DNA of 64,000 bases, from assembly GCA_965217895.1 (NCBI GenBank), contig CBDCJV010000002.1, positions 4,992,001 through 5,056,000 on the forward strand, written 5' to 3'. The translations under genes were made by a program, and so were the position numbers. Below are positions 21,392-31,946 of the stretch, piece after piece. Numbering within the stretch: the stretch's first letter is position 1; each line of letters begins with the position of its first letter. The notes beneath the pieces are model-generated. The model worked only from the letters and a program-made list of their open reading frames with translations. It was not told the DNA's origin and searched no databases. The stretch is from Waterburya sp. (GTDB lineage: Bacteria; Cyanobacteriota; Cyanobacteriia; Cyanobacteriales; Xenococcaceae).

Positions 21392-22843
21392 ATGCTCAGT
21401 GCCTTAATTCTCATTCCTTTTTTGAGCGCAGCCATAATTGGCTTGACTCCAATCAAAGACAAAAATATCCGTAGCGTTGCCGTAATTACGGCAGTCAGTA
21501 TTTTAGTTTTAAATATGGTTTTGGGTCTTCAATTTAATTTTCAGCAGTCAGGTTTACAGTTTGCCGAAGACATACCCTGGATTGAATGGATTGGTCTAAA
21601 TTATCATCTGGGAATTGACGGTCTTTCTTTTCCTTTGGTATTGCTTAATAGTCTTTTGACTTTGATCGCTATTTTTATTACTAGCCCTGCAATTCAAAGA
21701 CCCAAGTTATATTATGCAATGCTGTTTCTGCTTAATGGTGGGGCAACGGGTGCATTTTTGGCTCAAGATTTACTGCTGTTTTTCTTGTTTTATGAGTTAG
21801 AAATTGTACCCCTCTACTTCCTGATTGCTATTTGGGGTGGGGCGAGAAGAGGTTATGCAGCCATGAAGTTTTTGCTTTACACAGCTTTATCGGGAATTTT
21901 GGTGCTGGCTTCCTTTTTGGGTTTGGTATGGTTGACTGGCGAAACCAGCTTTGACTATCTCATATTGCGATCGCATACTCTGCCTTTAAATAGTCAATTA
22001 TTATTGCTGGCACCGCTTTTAATTGGCGTATTTATTAAAATTCCTATTTTTCCTTTTCATACCTGGCTGCCCGATGCCCACGTAGAAGCATCTACGCCCA
22101 TATCTGTGCTGCTGGCGGGGGTGCTGCTAAAGCTCGGTACTTATGCCTTATTGCGTTTTGGAATTGGTCTATTTCTAGAAGGTTGGGTTTATCTTGCTCC
22201 TTGGCTGGCCTATTTAGCGGGAATTAGTGCCTTATATGGAGCTTCCTGTGCGATCGCTCAAAAAGATATGAAAAAAGTAGTAGCGTACTCTTCGATTGCT
22301 CACATGGCATATATTCTCTTGGCAGCAACCGCTACTACCCGCTTGAGCATGAGTGCAGCAGTATTTCAGATGGTAAGTCATGGATTAATTTCTGCTTTTC
22401 TTTTCCTGCTTGTCGGCATGGTTTACAAAAAAACTGGTTCACGGGATGTAGATGTCTTGAGAGGTTTACTAAACCCCGAAAAAGGTCTGCCTGTTACTGG
22501 CGGGTTAATGATCCTAGGAGTGATGGCAAGCTCTGGTTTACCTGGAATGGTGGGCTTTATCTCAGAATTTCTCGTGTTTAGAGGCAGTTTTCCTATTTTC
22601 CCTATTCCCACCCTTCTATGTTTAGTGGGAACCGGCTTAACGGCAGTTTACTTTTTGCTAGTAATTAATAAAGTCTTTTTTGGTCGCCTTACCGTTGGTT
22701 TGACAAATATCCCTCCCGTGCAATGGAAAGAACACGCTCCTGCTTTTGTTTTACTGTTGCTAATTATTGCCTTTGGTATCAAGCCAGATTGGGTAACTCA
22801 CTGGAGCGAAGTACAGGCTGTTGCTCTTTTAACAGGCGGTTAA
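21392..22843 (+). CDS. ndhD4: NDH-1 CO2-uptake complex subunit D4
   Basis: KIPIFPFHTWLPDAHVEA and LLKLGTY NuoM motifs; operon context. Confidence 0.88.
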   Translation: MLSALILIPFLSAAIIGLTPIKDKNIRSVAVITAVSILVLNMVLGLQFNFQQSGLQFAEDIPWIEWIGLNYHLGIDGLSFPLVLLNSLLTLIAIFITSPAIQRPKLYYAMLFLLNGGATGAFLAQDLLLFFLFYELEIVPLYFLIAIWGGARRGYAAMKFLLYTALSGILVLASFLGLVWLTGETSFDYLILRSHTLPLNSQLLLLAPLLIGVFIKIPIFPFHTWLPDAHVEASTPISVLLAGVLLKLGTYALLRFGIGLFLEGWVYLAPWLAYLAGISALYGASCAIAQKDMKKVVAYSSIAHMAYILLAATATTRLSMSAAVFQMVSHGLISAFLFLLVGMVYKKTGSRDVDVLRGLLNPEKGLPVTGGLMILGVMASSGLPGMVGFISEFLVFRGSFPIFPIPTLLCLVGTGLTAVYFLLVINKVFFGRLTVGLTNIPPVQWKEHAPAFVLLLLIIAFGIKPDWVTHWSEVQAVALLTGG

Positions 22844-22899
22844 GCTTTGATCTTTAAAACTCAATCACTGATTTAAATAAAACAATTTATTAAATAGTT

Positions 22900-24051
22900 A
22901 TGGTTAATACTCCTGTTAGACGTTCTAAGTCTCGTTTAGTAGACGAATATATTACTAGATTAGAACAAGGAAATGCCTTGCTTGATGATTCTCCTCAAAA
23001 TTTAGTGGAGGTTGTTGGCATCCTCAAAAGTTACGGCATAGTTCTTGATGCTTATTCCATTAATCTCTGCTATATTGCTAATACCCAATTTTTGAAGCTG
23101 TTTCCCCTATTCAAATATTTTAATGGGAAGGTAAATACTGAGAAGGTTGCTAAGTTTCTTTGGCACAAACGCATCAATTACGAATACGCTGAATATTGCA
23201 TGAAAGCCATGTTTTGGCATGGTGGTGGCGGGCTAGATGCCTATCTTGATACTCCAGAATTTACGGCTCAAGCTGATAAGTTAATTAAAGCTTACTTTAA
23301 ATACAATCCTTTGATGCTAGTTCTGCACAAAGCATTTAAAGACTTTTTGCCAGAGCAAATGCGTCAGATGGCTTACTACAGTGGATTAGGGCAATTCTGG
23401 CGAGTGATGAGCGATATTTTCTTAGAATTATCTGATAGTTACGATCGCGGTGAGATTAAATCTATTCCTGATGTGGTGAAATTTATTCTCGATGGTTTGG
23501 TTGCCGATGCTACTCGACCAATCACTTATACGGTGAAAGTTCGTGGTCAGAAGTACGATATTATTCCCGAATCAGCAGGACTAACTTTTTTAGCTGATAC
23601 AGGCGTTCCCTATATAGAGGCGATTTTCTTTAGAGGCACTCCTTTCCCAGGCACGGTATCTTACAATGCTCAGGCTTATGAAATTTCTTACGATCTCGGT
23701 ATGTTCAACTATGGAGCATTATTTGCAGATCCTTTGCCTATTGGCGGTGCAGGAATTCCTCCTACTTTGCTGATGCAGGATATGAGACATTTTTTACCTG
23801 ACTATCTGCGTCAGCTTTATCGCCAAAGCCCCCGTGGAGAAGGAGATATTAGAGTGCAAATCTGTCAAAGCTTCCAAAAATCAATGTTTTGTGTAACCAC
23901 CGCTGCAATTCAAGGGTTAGCACCTCATCCTTTAGATACCAAAGATCCAGAACAACGAACTGTTAATCATCAATATCTTAAAAATTGGCTAAATCGCATT
24001 ATAGAAACTCAACTTATTAAAGTAAATACTAAGACAGAATTTCAGCACTAA
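22900..24051 (+). CDS. cupB: CO2 hydration protein CupB/ChpX
   Basis: NLVEVVGILKSYG, RINYEYAEYCMKAMFWHGGGGLD and GIPPTLLMQDM; 383 aa, shorter than CupA; no cupS follows. Confidence 0.88.
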   Translation: MVNTPVRRSKSRLVDEYITRLEQGNALLDDSPQNLVEVVGILKSYGIVLDAYSINLCYIANTQFLKLFPLFKYFNGKVNTEKVAKFLWHKRINYEYAEYCMKAMFWHGGGGLDAYLDTPEFTAQADKLIKAYFKYNPLMLVLHKAFKDFLPEQMRQMAYYSGLGQFWRVMSDIFLELSDSYDRGEIKSIPDVVKFILDGLVADATRPITYTVKVRGQKYDIIPESAGLTFLADTGVPYIEAIFFRGTPFPGTVSYNAQAYEISYDLGMFNYGALFADPLPIGGAGIPPTLLMQDMRHFLPDYLRQLYRQSPRGEGDIRVQICQSFQKSMFCVTTAAIQGLAPHPLDTKDPEQRTVNHQYLKNWLNRIIETQLIKVNTKTEFQH

Positions 24052-24095
24052 CGACTATTTGTTAAGCTTTCTAACGCCAGCTTTTTTAGTAAGAC

Positions 24096-24572
24096 TTAAT
24101 TGTCTACCGTTACGGGGATTTGTGACTGGATTCGTCGGGCTAAGTCCTCCGAAGGTTTTAAGTTGTTGTACAACACCATAGTAGTAGTTTCATTTTGTTT
24201 AAAGCCGATACGCTCGTAAAAGCTTTGCTGATGGGTGGTAGTTAGATAAACTCTTTCTACTTTGCTAACTAAAGGATGAGATATAACAGTTTCTACTAGC
24301 TTTCTGCCTAAGCCTATGCCTTGATAATCGGGGTCAACAACTACATCCCAAATTCCAGCACGGTAAATACCATCAGAAGTTGCTCTAGCAAAGCCAATAA
24401 GATGTTCTGCGTCCCAGACTGTAACTACAGGATTGCTGTTGGCGATCGCAATTTGTAAGTCATTGATATTTCGTTCTTGCGCCCAAAAAGCTGTTTTTGC
24501 GAACAAGCGTTGTAGCTGTACGAAATCTACTTTTAACTTATCGGCACAAAATTGAATATGACTACAATCCAT
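24096..24572 (-). CDS. GNAT family N-acetyltransferase
   Basis: IGFARATSDG and WDVVVDPDYQGIGLGRKL acetyl-CoA motif A. Confidence 0.9.
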   Translation of the reverse strand: MDCSHIQFCADKLKVDFVQLQRLFAKTAFWAQERNINDLQIAIANSNPVVTVWDAEHLIGFARATSDGIYRAGIWDVVVDPDYQGIGLGRKLVETVISHPLVSKVERVYLTTTHQQSFYERIGFKQNETTTMVLYNNLKPSEDLARRIQSQIPVTVDN

Positions 24573-24929
24573 TGCGGTTGATACCTCTTAAGAAAATTAC
24601 CAAAAATCTCTTGATATTACGTATAAATCTAGCTTGATTTGTTCTAATTCAAGTGTGATTTAAAACACCAATTTATTAGTTGTTGATTTTTTCCATTTTA
24701 CAGATATATTTGTAATTTTTTGGCTAAATATCCAGGATATGTGTCTTTATTTCCTGACATTGAAAATGTTTAGTATTAGTCAACAGTAGGGTAGGCATTT
24801 ATGAAAACCAGAATCTAAAATCAATTATTTAGGTGATGCCCACCAGCTAGTAATTTTTTCAAAAGTTGTGGTAATTAAGTATTAATAGCTAGATTAAAGA
24901 AAAATATTAACTATGCCCAACAATTATTT

Positions 24930-25799
24930 ATGACTTCTCAACGTTTGGGAATATTATATGCAGTCTTAGCTTATGGCATTTGGGGATTGTTTCCAGTGTA
25001 TTGGAAACTTCTTGGCTCAATTCCTGCTCTAGAAATTTTAAGTCATCGCGTCATTTGGTCTAGCGTATTATTGTTAGGGGTTTTGTTTGGCTACAAGCGG
25101 TGGCAAGAGTTGGGCAAGCTGCTTTTAAAACCAAGGCAATTACTACCTTTACTCGCTTCAGGCAGCATTTTAGCTTTTAATTGGGGATTATATATTTATG
25201 GAGTTAACAGCGATCGCATTATTGAAACTAGTTTAGGATATTTTATTAATCCTCTAGTTAGCGTGCTGTTGGGTGTAATTATATTGCGCGAGCGGCTTCG
25301 ATGGTTACAGTGGCTTGCATTTGGTTTAGCAACTCTCGGTGTTGGCTACTCAATTTTTGCTGCGGGACAAGTTCCCTGGATTGCTTTGGGATTAGCTTTT
25401 TCCTTTGGAACTTACGGACTTTTAAGGAAAATAATTGTTGTTAACCCTTTACTAGGGTTGACAGTAGAAACCTGCTTATTAGCTCCCGTGGCGATCGCTT
25501 ATCTTACATGGCACAATGACAACCACTTTGGACAAAATGGGCTGATTACCCTGCTCTTGATTGGTTGTGGAATCGTAACGTCTGTTCCCTTATTTTGCTT
25601 TAACAGTGCCGTACAGCTACTGCGACTTTCGACTATCGGGTTTTTACAATACATTGCACCCAGTCTGCAACTAATAATCGGCGTTTGGTTATACCATGAA
25701 CCCTTTACGAGAAATAATGCGATCGTCTTTGGCTTGATTTGGACTGCATTAGCAGTTTATTCGGCTACTTCCCTTGTCAAATCGTCAAAGATGAAATGA
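24930..25799 (+). CDS. rarD: EamA family transporter RarD
   Basis: AYGIWGLFPVYWK, EILSHRVIWS, ETSLGYFINPLV and GFLQYIAP. Confidence 0.9.
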   Translation: MTSQRLGILYAVLAYGIWGLFPVYWKLLGSIPALEILSHRVIWSSVLLLGVLFGYKRWQELGKLLLKPRQLLPLLASGSILAFNWGLYIYGVNSDRIIETSLGYFINPLVSVLLGVIILRERLRWLQWLAFGLATLGVGYSIFAAGQVPWIALGLAFSFGTYGLLRKIIVVNPLLGLTVETCLLAPVAIAYLTWHNDNHFGQNGLITLLLIGCGIVTSVPLFCFNSAVQLLRLSTIGFLQYIAPSLQLIIGVWLYHEPFTRNNAIVFGLIWTALAVYSATSLVKSSKMK

Positions 25800-25886
25800 A
25801 TAGAGGGGATTTTGATTAATGGCGATCGCGACTAACGTAATCGCTACGATTAAGAGTAAAATTCTCGAAGGTGGTGCATTTGAATA

Positions 25887-26297
25887 TTAGTCGAAAAAAA
25901 TCATATTTTCGTAAGGATTTTCTTTGATTGCTGCTAAACGCGATCGCCAGTTGCCTAAATGAAGTTCTAATTTGTGATTGTCAGGATCTAAAATGTATAA
26001 TGAATCTCCCTCGCTAGTATTTTCTTGCCATAGCTTGAAATTATGCCGCTCAATATTTTGGCGATATTCTTTTAAAAATTCTGGCGCAACGCTAAAAGCG
26101 ATATGAGTATAGTCTGAAGACATTGGACTATCAAGATTGGGATTCACAGATAAACACAGCCATAAATCCCCTGCTAATAAATATGCACCACGTTTCCATT
26201 TAGCCAGAGGCTTACAGCCCAAGGTTTGGGTATAAAAATTAAACGATGTTTCCAAACAAGAAACTGATAAAGTAAGGTGATTTAATCCTGTTAACAT
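25887..26297 (-). CDS. fosA: FosA-like VOC metallo-glutathione transferase
   Basis: MLTGLNHLTL, GAYL..GDLWLCLS, DYTH.AF, N.SEGDS.Y.LDPD.H.LELH and SRL...PY. Confidence 0.8.
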   Translation of the reverse strand: MLTGLNHLTLSVSCLETSFNFYTQTLGCKPLAKWKRGAYLLAGDLWLCLSVNPNLDSPMSSDYTHIAFSVAPEFLKEYRQNIERHNFKLWQENTSEGDSLYILDPDNHKLELHLGNWRSRLAAIKENPYENMIFFD

Positions 26298-26322
26298 TAT
26301 TTTTGCTTAATTAATAATTTTT

Positions 26323-26952
26323 ATGATTACTATTGCCTTGCCAAAAGGCGCATTATTAAAAGACAGTATCGAATTATTTCGCAATCTAGGCTTAGATTTT
26401 AGTGTTTTTCTTGATCAAACCAATCGTCAGCTACAAATTAGCGATCCGACAAATACCGCCAAAGCTTTATTAGTTAGAGCGCAAGATGTGCCTGTATATG
26501 TAGAATATGGGCAAGCACAACTAGGAATTGTTGGTTATGATGTATTGCGAGAGAAACAGCCAGAAGTTGCTAACCTAATAGATCTTAAATTCGGTCATTG
26601 TCGTTTATCAGTAGCAGTACCCGCTAGTAGTCCTTATAAACGTTCGGTTGAACTGCCACCCCACGGTAGAGTAGCATCTAAATTTGTTAACTGTGCCAAA
26701 GAACATTTTGACAGTATAGATTTACCCGTGGAGATTGTTCCTTTATCTGGTTCAGTAGAATTAGGGCCAATTACGGGAATGTCTGAAGCTATCGTAGATC
26801 TGGTTTCTACAGGCAAAACTCTTAAGGAAAACGGCTTAATTGAGACAGATATACTATATGAAAGCAGTGCTAGATTAATTGCCCATCCCCTTAGCTATCG
26901 TCTCAATCGTGACAATATTAACGACCTAGTAGCAAAGTTGAGTAAAGAGTAA
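26323..26952 (+). CDS. hisG: ATP phosphoribosyltransferase (short form)
   Basis: [21 protein letters not shown] and [19 protein letters not shown]. Confidence 0.96.
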   Translation: MITIALPKGALLKDSIELFRNLGLDFSVFLDQTNRQLQISDPTNTAKALLVRAQDVPVYVEYGQAQLGIVGYDVLREKQPEVANLIDLKFGHCRLSVAVPASSPYKRSVELPPHGRVASKFVNCAKEHFDSIDLPVEIVPLSGSVELGPITGMSEAIVDLVSTGKTLKENGLIETDILYESSARLIAHPLSYRLNRDNINDLVAKLSKE

Positions 26953-26986
26953 AAAATTAGAAGTGCAAAGTTGGCTGTTGTATTTT

Positions 26987-27409
26987 TCAAGATTCTAAAA
27001 ATGCGATCGCCTTTAATTTAATCCTGTCTGGGTCAACTTTTGCTCCTAACTCCCTGGCATCTATTTTTCCTTCAAATGCCTCGAAAGATGCTTCTTGCAA
27101 AGCATGATCGTAAGCTTCTTCTATTATTTCATTTAAAGTTTGAGAATTGGCATAATAACCACCACTGCGCTTACGTTTATTAGTTCTATTGATATATTTG
27201 ACCGAGTTAAATATCGATCTATCCCAAGAGCTAGTAGTTCTGGCTTCAGCTTCTTGCTTAATTAAATGAACGAGAAGAATAATCATGTAGCTATAAATCT
27301 TATTTAATTTATCTTCTACTGACATTTCCTCTAAATCGTTGACAATGGACAATGCACCTTGATAATCTTGATTTTCTATTTTTTCCCTCAATTTTTGCAG
27401 TTCATTCAT
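26987..27409 (-). CDS. DUF29 family protein
   Basis: LEEMS..DK...I.SY..ILL.HLIK and SW..SI pattern. Confidence 0.75.
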   Translation of the reverse strand: MNELQKLREKIENQDYQGALSIVNDLEEMSVEDKLNKIYSYMIILLVHLIKQEAEARTTSSWDRSIFNSVKYINRTNKRKRSGGYYANSQTLNEIIEEAYDHALQEASFEAFEGKIDARELGAKVDPDRIKLKAIAFLES

Positions 27410-27645
27410 AACCTTATTTTTACGTCAGCACTAATAACTATTATATGATCTGAGTAAAATAGACGAAACTATTGTGACAACTAAGTTTCGCGCACTTAGA
27501 ATAATCGTGCTATAAGTCTGCAAGCCTTGGTACTACTCTTTTTTGAGGATATGTTGTCATAATTTGAATTAAAGACTAGACACAAATAGCAAATTAAAGC
27601 TAACGACCAATAGCCAAAATCACAGATATATTTTAATCAAAATTT

Positions 27646-29481
27646 ATGATCGCCACTTCCCACACTTCAGAAACTAAAGAAAAAAAACCAGAGAATGATT
27701 GGCGGTTATTTCTGAAGCTAGTTCCTTATGCTCGCCAAAGCAGAGGAATACTAATTGTTTCTTTGGTTTTACTCGTTCCTTTGGCTGTGGCTGGTGCAAT
27801 TCAGCCTTTAATTGTTGGTCAAGCTATTTCGTTGCTTAAAGGAGAATCAACCTGGAGTTTTTTGCATGGGGTATCTATCAAAGAGGGAATTAATCTTTTA
27901 TCAGGGTTGCTTTTAATCACGGTATTAATCAAGCTCATGTTTTCGTCAGTGCAGGGTTACCTGGTACAAAAAATTGGACAGGAGATTACTGCCGAAGTCA
28001 GACAAGATTTGTTTACTCACGTGACTTCTTTGGCATCAAGCTTTTTTGATCGCACTCCTGTAGGCAAACTAATTACTCGTATTGCCAGTGATGTAGAAGC
28101 TTTAGGAAATGTTTTTGCCAGCGGTGCAATTGGCGTAGTTAGTGATTTTGTTTCTATTTTGGCAATTATAGTGATGATTTATCTCACTAACTGGAAGTTG
28201 GCATCAATTCTGGTTTTTATGCTGATTCCCGTGACGGCACTAATTATTTATTTTCAGCAGCAATATCGTAAAGCCAACTATAAAGCCAGGGAAGAATTAT
28301 CTAAGCTTAATTCCATGCTGCAAGAAAATATTACTGGGATTAATATTGTGCAGCTATTTCGGCGGGAAAAATACAATAGCCAAATGTATCGCTCAATTAA
28401 CAAACGCTACCGCTCAGAAGTTGATAAAACTATCTTTCATGATTCGGCTGTATCGGCGACGCTAGAATGGATTGCCTTAGTTGCGATCGCAGCAGTTCTT
28501 TGGGTAGGCGGGATCTTTGTTCTTCGCGATAGTATGCAGTATGGAGAACTAACGGCGTTTATTCTCTATGCTCAACGGTTATTTAATCCCATACGCCAGT
28601 TTGCTGATAAGTTTACCATGTTTCAGTCTGGGTTTACGGCGATCGAAAGGATTACGGAATTGCTAAAAGAACCGATTGAAATTAGAGATAAAATCATCTC
28701 TGTTGCCGAAGGACACCGTACTTTGTTATCCAATGATGCTAGTAATTCTCAAACAGGGGAAATTCGCTTTGAGAATGTTTGGTTTGGCTATAAAAGCGAT
28801 GAATATGTAATCAAAAATTTAGACTTCACTATCAAACCTGGAGAAAAAGTAGCTTTAGTCGGTCCTACAGGTGCAGGAAAAAGCTCTATAATTCGTTTGC
28901 TGTGTCGTCTTTACGAACCAAGTAAGGGCAGAATATTAGTAGACGGCATTGATATTAGAGATATTCCCCAGGCAGATTTACGTCGTTATATTGGTGTGAT
29001 TTTACAAGAAAGCTTTTTGTTTGCAGGAGATGTCAAACGCAATATTACCTTGGGCGATGATTATTCTTTTGAAGAAGTTAAACAGGCTGCCAAATTAGTT
29101 AATATTGATAGCTTTATTGAAGATTTGCCCGATGGCTACGACACAATCTTACGGGAGAGAGGTACAAATCTTTCGGGAGGACAAAAACAGCTTTTAGCTT
29201 TTGCGCGGGTTGCTATCCGTAATCCTCATGTTTTGATTTTAGATGAGGCTACTTCCAGCTTAGATGTATCCACCGAAGCTTTAATTCAATCGGCTTTAGA
29301 TCAGCTATTGATCAATCGTTCGGCAATTATTATTGCTCATCGTCTTTCTACTATTCGTAACGTAGATAAAATTTTGGTGCTAAAGCGTGGCGAATTAGTA
29401 GAATCTGGTAGTCATGATGAATTATTAGCTACTGAAGGATTGTACTCCAGCTTATACAAATTACAAATGCTAGGAAATTAG
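27646..29481 (+). CDS. ABC exporter, fused permease/ATPase
   Basis: TM domain followed by GPTGAGKS, LSGGQKQ, ILDEATS and IAHRLST. Confidence 0.95.
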   Translation: MIATSHTSETKEKKPENDWRLFLKLVPYARQSRGILIVSLVLLVPLAVAGAIQPLIVGQAISLLKGESTWSFLHGVSIKEGINLLSGLLLITVLIKLMFSSVQGYLVQKIGQEITAEVRQDLFTHVTSLASSFFDRTPVGKLITRIASDVEALGNVFASGAIGVVSDFVSILAIIVMIYLTNWKLASILVFMLIPVTALIIYFQQQYRKANYKAREELSKLNSMLQENITGINIVQLFRREKYNSQMYRSINKRYRSEVDKTIFHDSAVSATLEWIALVAIAAVLWVGGIFVLRDSMQYGELTAFILYAQRLFNPIRQFADKFTMFQSGFTAIERITELLKEPIEIRDKIISVAEGHRTLLSNDASNSQTGEIRFENVWFGYKSDEYVIKNLDFTIKPGEKVALVGPTGAGKSSIIRLLCRLYEPSKGRILVDGIDIRDIPQADLRRYIGVILQESFLFAGDVKRNITLGDDYSFEEVKQAAKLVNIDSFIEDLPDGYDTILRERGTNLSGGQKQLLAFARVAIRNPHVLILDEATSSLDVSTEALIQSALDQLLINRSAIIIAHRLSTIRNVDKILVLKRGELVESGSHDELLATEGLYSSLYKLQMLGN

Positions 29482-29525
29482 TTCTTTGGATATCTCAACT
29501 TTAAGCTGGATCGCAATTTTCAAGA

Positions 29526-29960
29526 TTAAGTTTCAAGATTAAGAATTTCCTGGGGATAATCACAGCCAGAAAGCATGATAGATGTAATGGCTGAATAAGC
29601 TTCAGCCCAGGCTGCTGCAACCTCAGCTGTCCAGCGATCTTCGAGGACAAAAGCCATTGATTTGAGTAAAGCGGATCCTACCATTGGGTAATGCTCTGGA
29701 ATAACGCCGTATTTCATGTGCTTTGTTCCTAAGCCTTGAAGTGCATCAGTTAGTGTATCTGGTTTGGTTAAGTTATCTACCACCAGTACGAGGGAAGCAA
29801 ATAACTTTTGACCTTGCTGATTCATATCAGTACCAGAAAATAAGGGTTTTACCTGGGGATAATCGGCAAATAATGTATTGTAAAAGCAATTTGTCAAATC
29901 AGTTTGGCGATCGCATACTAATCTAAAGCTAGTTTCTAACAAATCAATTTGTAGAGTCAT
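29526..29960 (-). CDS. Single-domain globin (flavohaemoglobin-type globin domain)
   Basis: FY..LF..YP..KPLF, Q..KL and proximal LG.KH..YGV.PEHY. Confidence 0.88.
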   Translation of the reverse strand: MTLQIDLLETSFRLVCDRQTDLTNCFYNTLFADYPQVKPLFSGTDMNQQGQKLFASLVLVVDNLTKPDTLTDALQGLGTKHMKYGVIPEHYPMVGSALLKSMAFVLEDRWTAEVAAAWAEAYSAITSIMLSGCDYPQEILNLET

Positions 29961-30037
29961 AGAAAATTTTTCGTTACTTAAACATTAAAGATAGTTTGAC
30001 AACATTACTCTGAAAAAGCCATGAGATAGCTTCTAAA

Positions 30038-30135
30038 GGGTTAGCTCCGCGTCCCGCTCCGCATATAGCCGCATCTAGGAGCTAATCCTTGAGGAATCCT
30101 TTACAACTACCGAACCCGAATGCTTCGCCCTTACT
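30038..30135. repeat. Composite palindromic repeat
   Basis: TTAGCTCC...GGAGCTAA inverted repeat plus REP-like CCGAATGCTTCGCCC. Confidence 0.5.
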
Positions 30136-30464
30136 TCATCATATTGTTCTAATTGAAAACAAGCTGCTCTGCAAAAAAAGTTTATTTTACTACTAATTAA
30201 TATTGATATTTATATCATTTATATCTTTATATAGAGCGAAGACCCAACTAATCAGATTAGGCTCGTTATAATTACAATTTGGCATAAAACAATCTAAAGC
30301 TAGCCTTTAGCTCATAATTAACTTAAGTTAGAGATGGGCTAAGAGTTTTACTCCTAAACGGACAGAGTAATCTTGACTCAAACTAACGTTAATATAAGAT
30401 TGGTTGCATTTTCAGCCTAAAGATATTTAATAGTACTTGGAAAATATCACGATGTTTGAGGTGT

Positions 30465-31010
30465 ATGTCTAACATTCATAACTTAAATAGTTTTTCAGCT
30501 AATTCTGGAGTAGATTTATTACAAAAAGAATGGAAGGATTTTAATCGCTTTCATTTTCAAGGAGAATATCCCTGTCCTGTTTGCCGTCACGGTAAAGTAA
30601 GAGAGATGCCGATGATGGAAACTTTCGCCTGTGGCTTTTGTCAACATATTTTCACGACAAATTTTGACAAACAATTGTTGAAGATGGCGGACAGTCAATT
30701 GCCATTAACTTGGTACTGGAATGGCAAAACCTGGAAGGGAATTCATAGAGAGGGTGCAGAGATAGGCTGGGCTTACTTGTTATTCGCCTTTGGTTTTGTC
30801 TGTATTCCTACGGCAATTATTGCTTCTGGAATGTATCTGTTCCCACCAACAGCAGATAGTCTCCTATCCTGGCTTCCCTTAACCTGGACGATTCTGACGT
30901 TTTGCGCTCATCTACTTTGTGTTGTTTGGCTAATAATTGAATATTATCAATTTCCTATTTTTCTCTACTTTCGAGCTTTGAGAAGAAAACTATCGTTACG
31001 AGATAATTAG
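30465..31010 (+). CDS. Hypothetical membrane protein with an N-terminal zinc ribbon
   Basis: CPVC...CGFC followed by two TM helices; ATG at 30465. Confidence 0.7.
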   Translation: MSNIHNLNSFSANSGVDLLQKEWKDFNRFHFQGEYPCPVCRHGKVREMPMMETFACGFCQHIFTTNFDKQLLKMADSQLPLTWYWNGKTWKGIHREGAEIGWAYLLFAFGFVCIPTAIIASGMYLFPPTADSLLSWLPLTWTILTFCAHLLCVVWLIIEYYQFPIFLYFRALRRKLSLRDN

Positions 31011-31062
31011 CCAGGACTTACGGATTTTAATGCTAAACAAAAAAGCCGTTAGGCAGCCAAAT

Positions 31063-31884
31063 CTATGAAGTTGAGGCACTCAAAACTACAGTAGCCAGTT
31101 TGATTGATTTAAGCATCTCAGCAGCGGAAGCAAATCGCCGTTGAGGAAGCTTTTGCATGGCTTTAGATATAGTAGAACGCAATAGAAAAGGAATTGTATG
31201 AGGAATACTCACTATTTTACTTAAATGGGAATTTCTTAAATCTTGATAGATGCCTGAGAAAGGTCTTTCTCCTACCAAAAGTTCATACAGCATTACCCCA
31301 ACAGCATAAAGATCTGAAGCATGGGAATAATGACCATAGAATTGTTCTGGAGCCATGTAAGCAGGTGAACCTGTATCGCCATTACCCGAAGGTTGGGAAT
31401 TTATCTCTGAAGCCAGACGAGCGATACCAAAATCAGCAATTCGAGCAGTCCAACCGTCTGCTTGAGGTTCTAATAAAATATTTTCTGGTTTAAGGTCTCG
31501 ATGAACAATATTGCGATCGCGCGCATACTCTAAACCTGATAAAATATCTGTAATTAGCTTGAGACTTTGTAGTGGCTCTATTTTCTCCTCAGACTCAATT
31601 AGCTCTCTCAAAGTCCCTCCTTGGCAGTAATCCATTACCAAATATCTTCTAGTAGGGCTATACTCTAATCCTCGACAGCTAACGATATTTGGATGCTGCA
31701 AAGTTACCAAAAATCCCAATTCACGCAAAAACATCTTGGTAGAAAATTGTTTTCGGTCAAGTTCTTTGAGAGCTACTAGTTCTTTAGTTTGAAGATGTGC
31801 TGCACAAAAAACCTGACCGTATTGACCTTGACCAAGGGAGTGTAAAATCTGATATTGGGATTGGTATTTAGCATCTAGAGACAT
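31063..31884 (-). CDS. Ser/Thr protein kinase, kinase domain only (SpkG-like position)
   Basis: LGQGQYG, VALK, HRDLKPEN, DFG and APE; last gene of the Pap-like cluster. Confidence 0.9.
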   Translation of the reverse strand: MSLDAKYQSQYQILHSLGQGQYGQVFCAAHLQTKELVALKELDRKQFSTKMFLRELGFLVTLQHPNIVSCRGLEYSPTRRYLVMDYCQGGTLRELIESEEKIEPLQSLKLITDILSGLEYARDRNIVHRDLKPENILLEPQADGWTARIADFGIARLASEINSQPSGNGDTGSPAYMAPEQFYGHYSHASDLYAVGVMLYELLVGERPFSGIYQDLRNSHLSKIVSIPHTIPFLLRSTISKAMQKLPQRRFASAAEMLKSIKLATVVLSASTS

Positions 31885-31914
31885 ACTAAGAGAGGTCAGG
31901 GGTCAAGGGTCAGT

Positions 31915-31942
31915 TAGGGGCGAACGGCTGTTCGCCCGTACA
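31915..31942. repeat. REP-like palindrome
   Basis: TAGGGGCGAACGGCTGTTCGCCCGTACA hairpin between the TPR and kinase genes. Confidence 0.6.
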
Positions 31943-31946
31943 GAAG

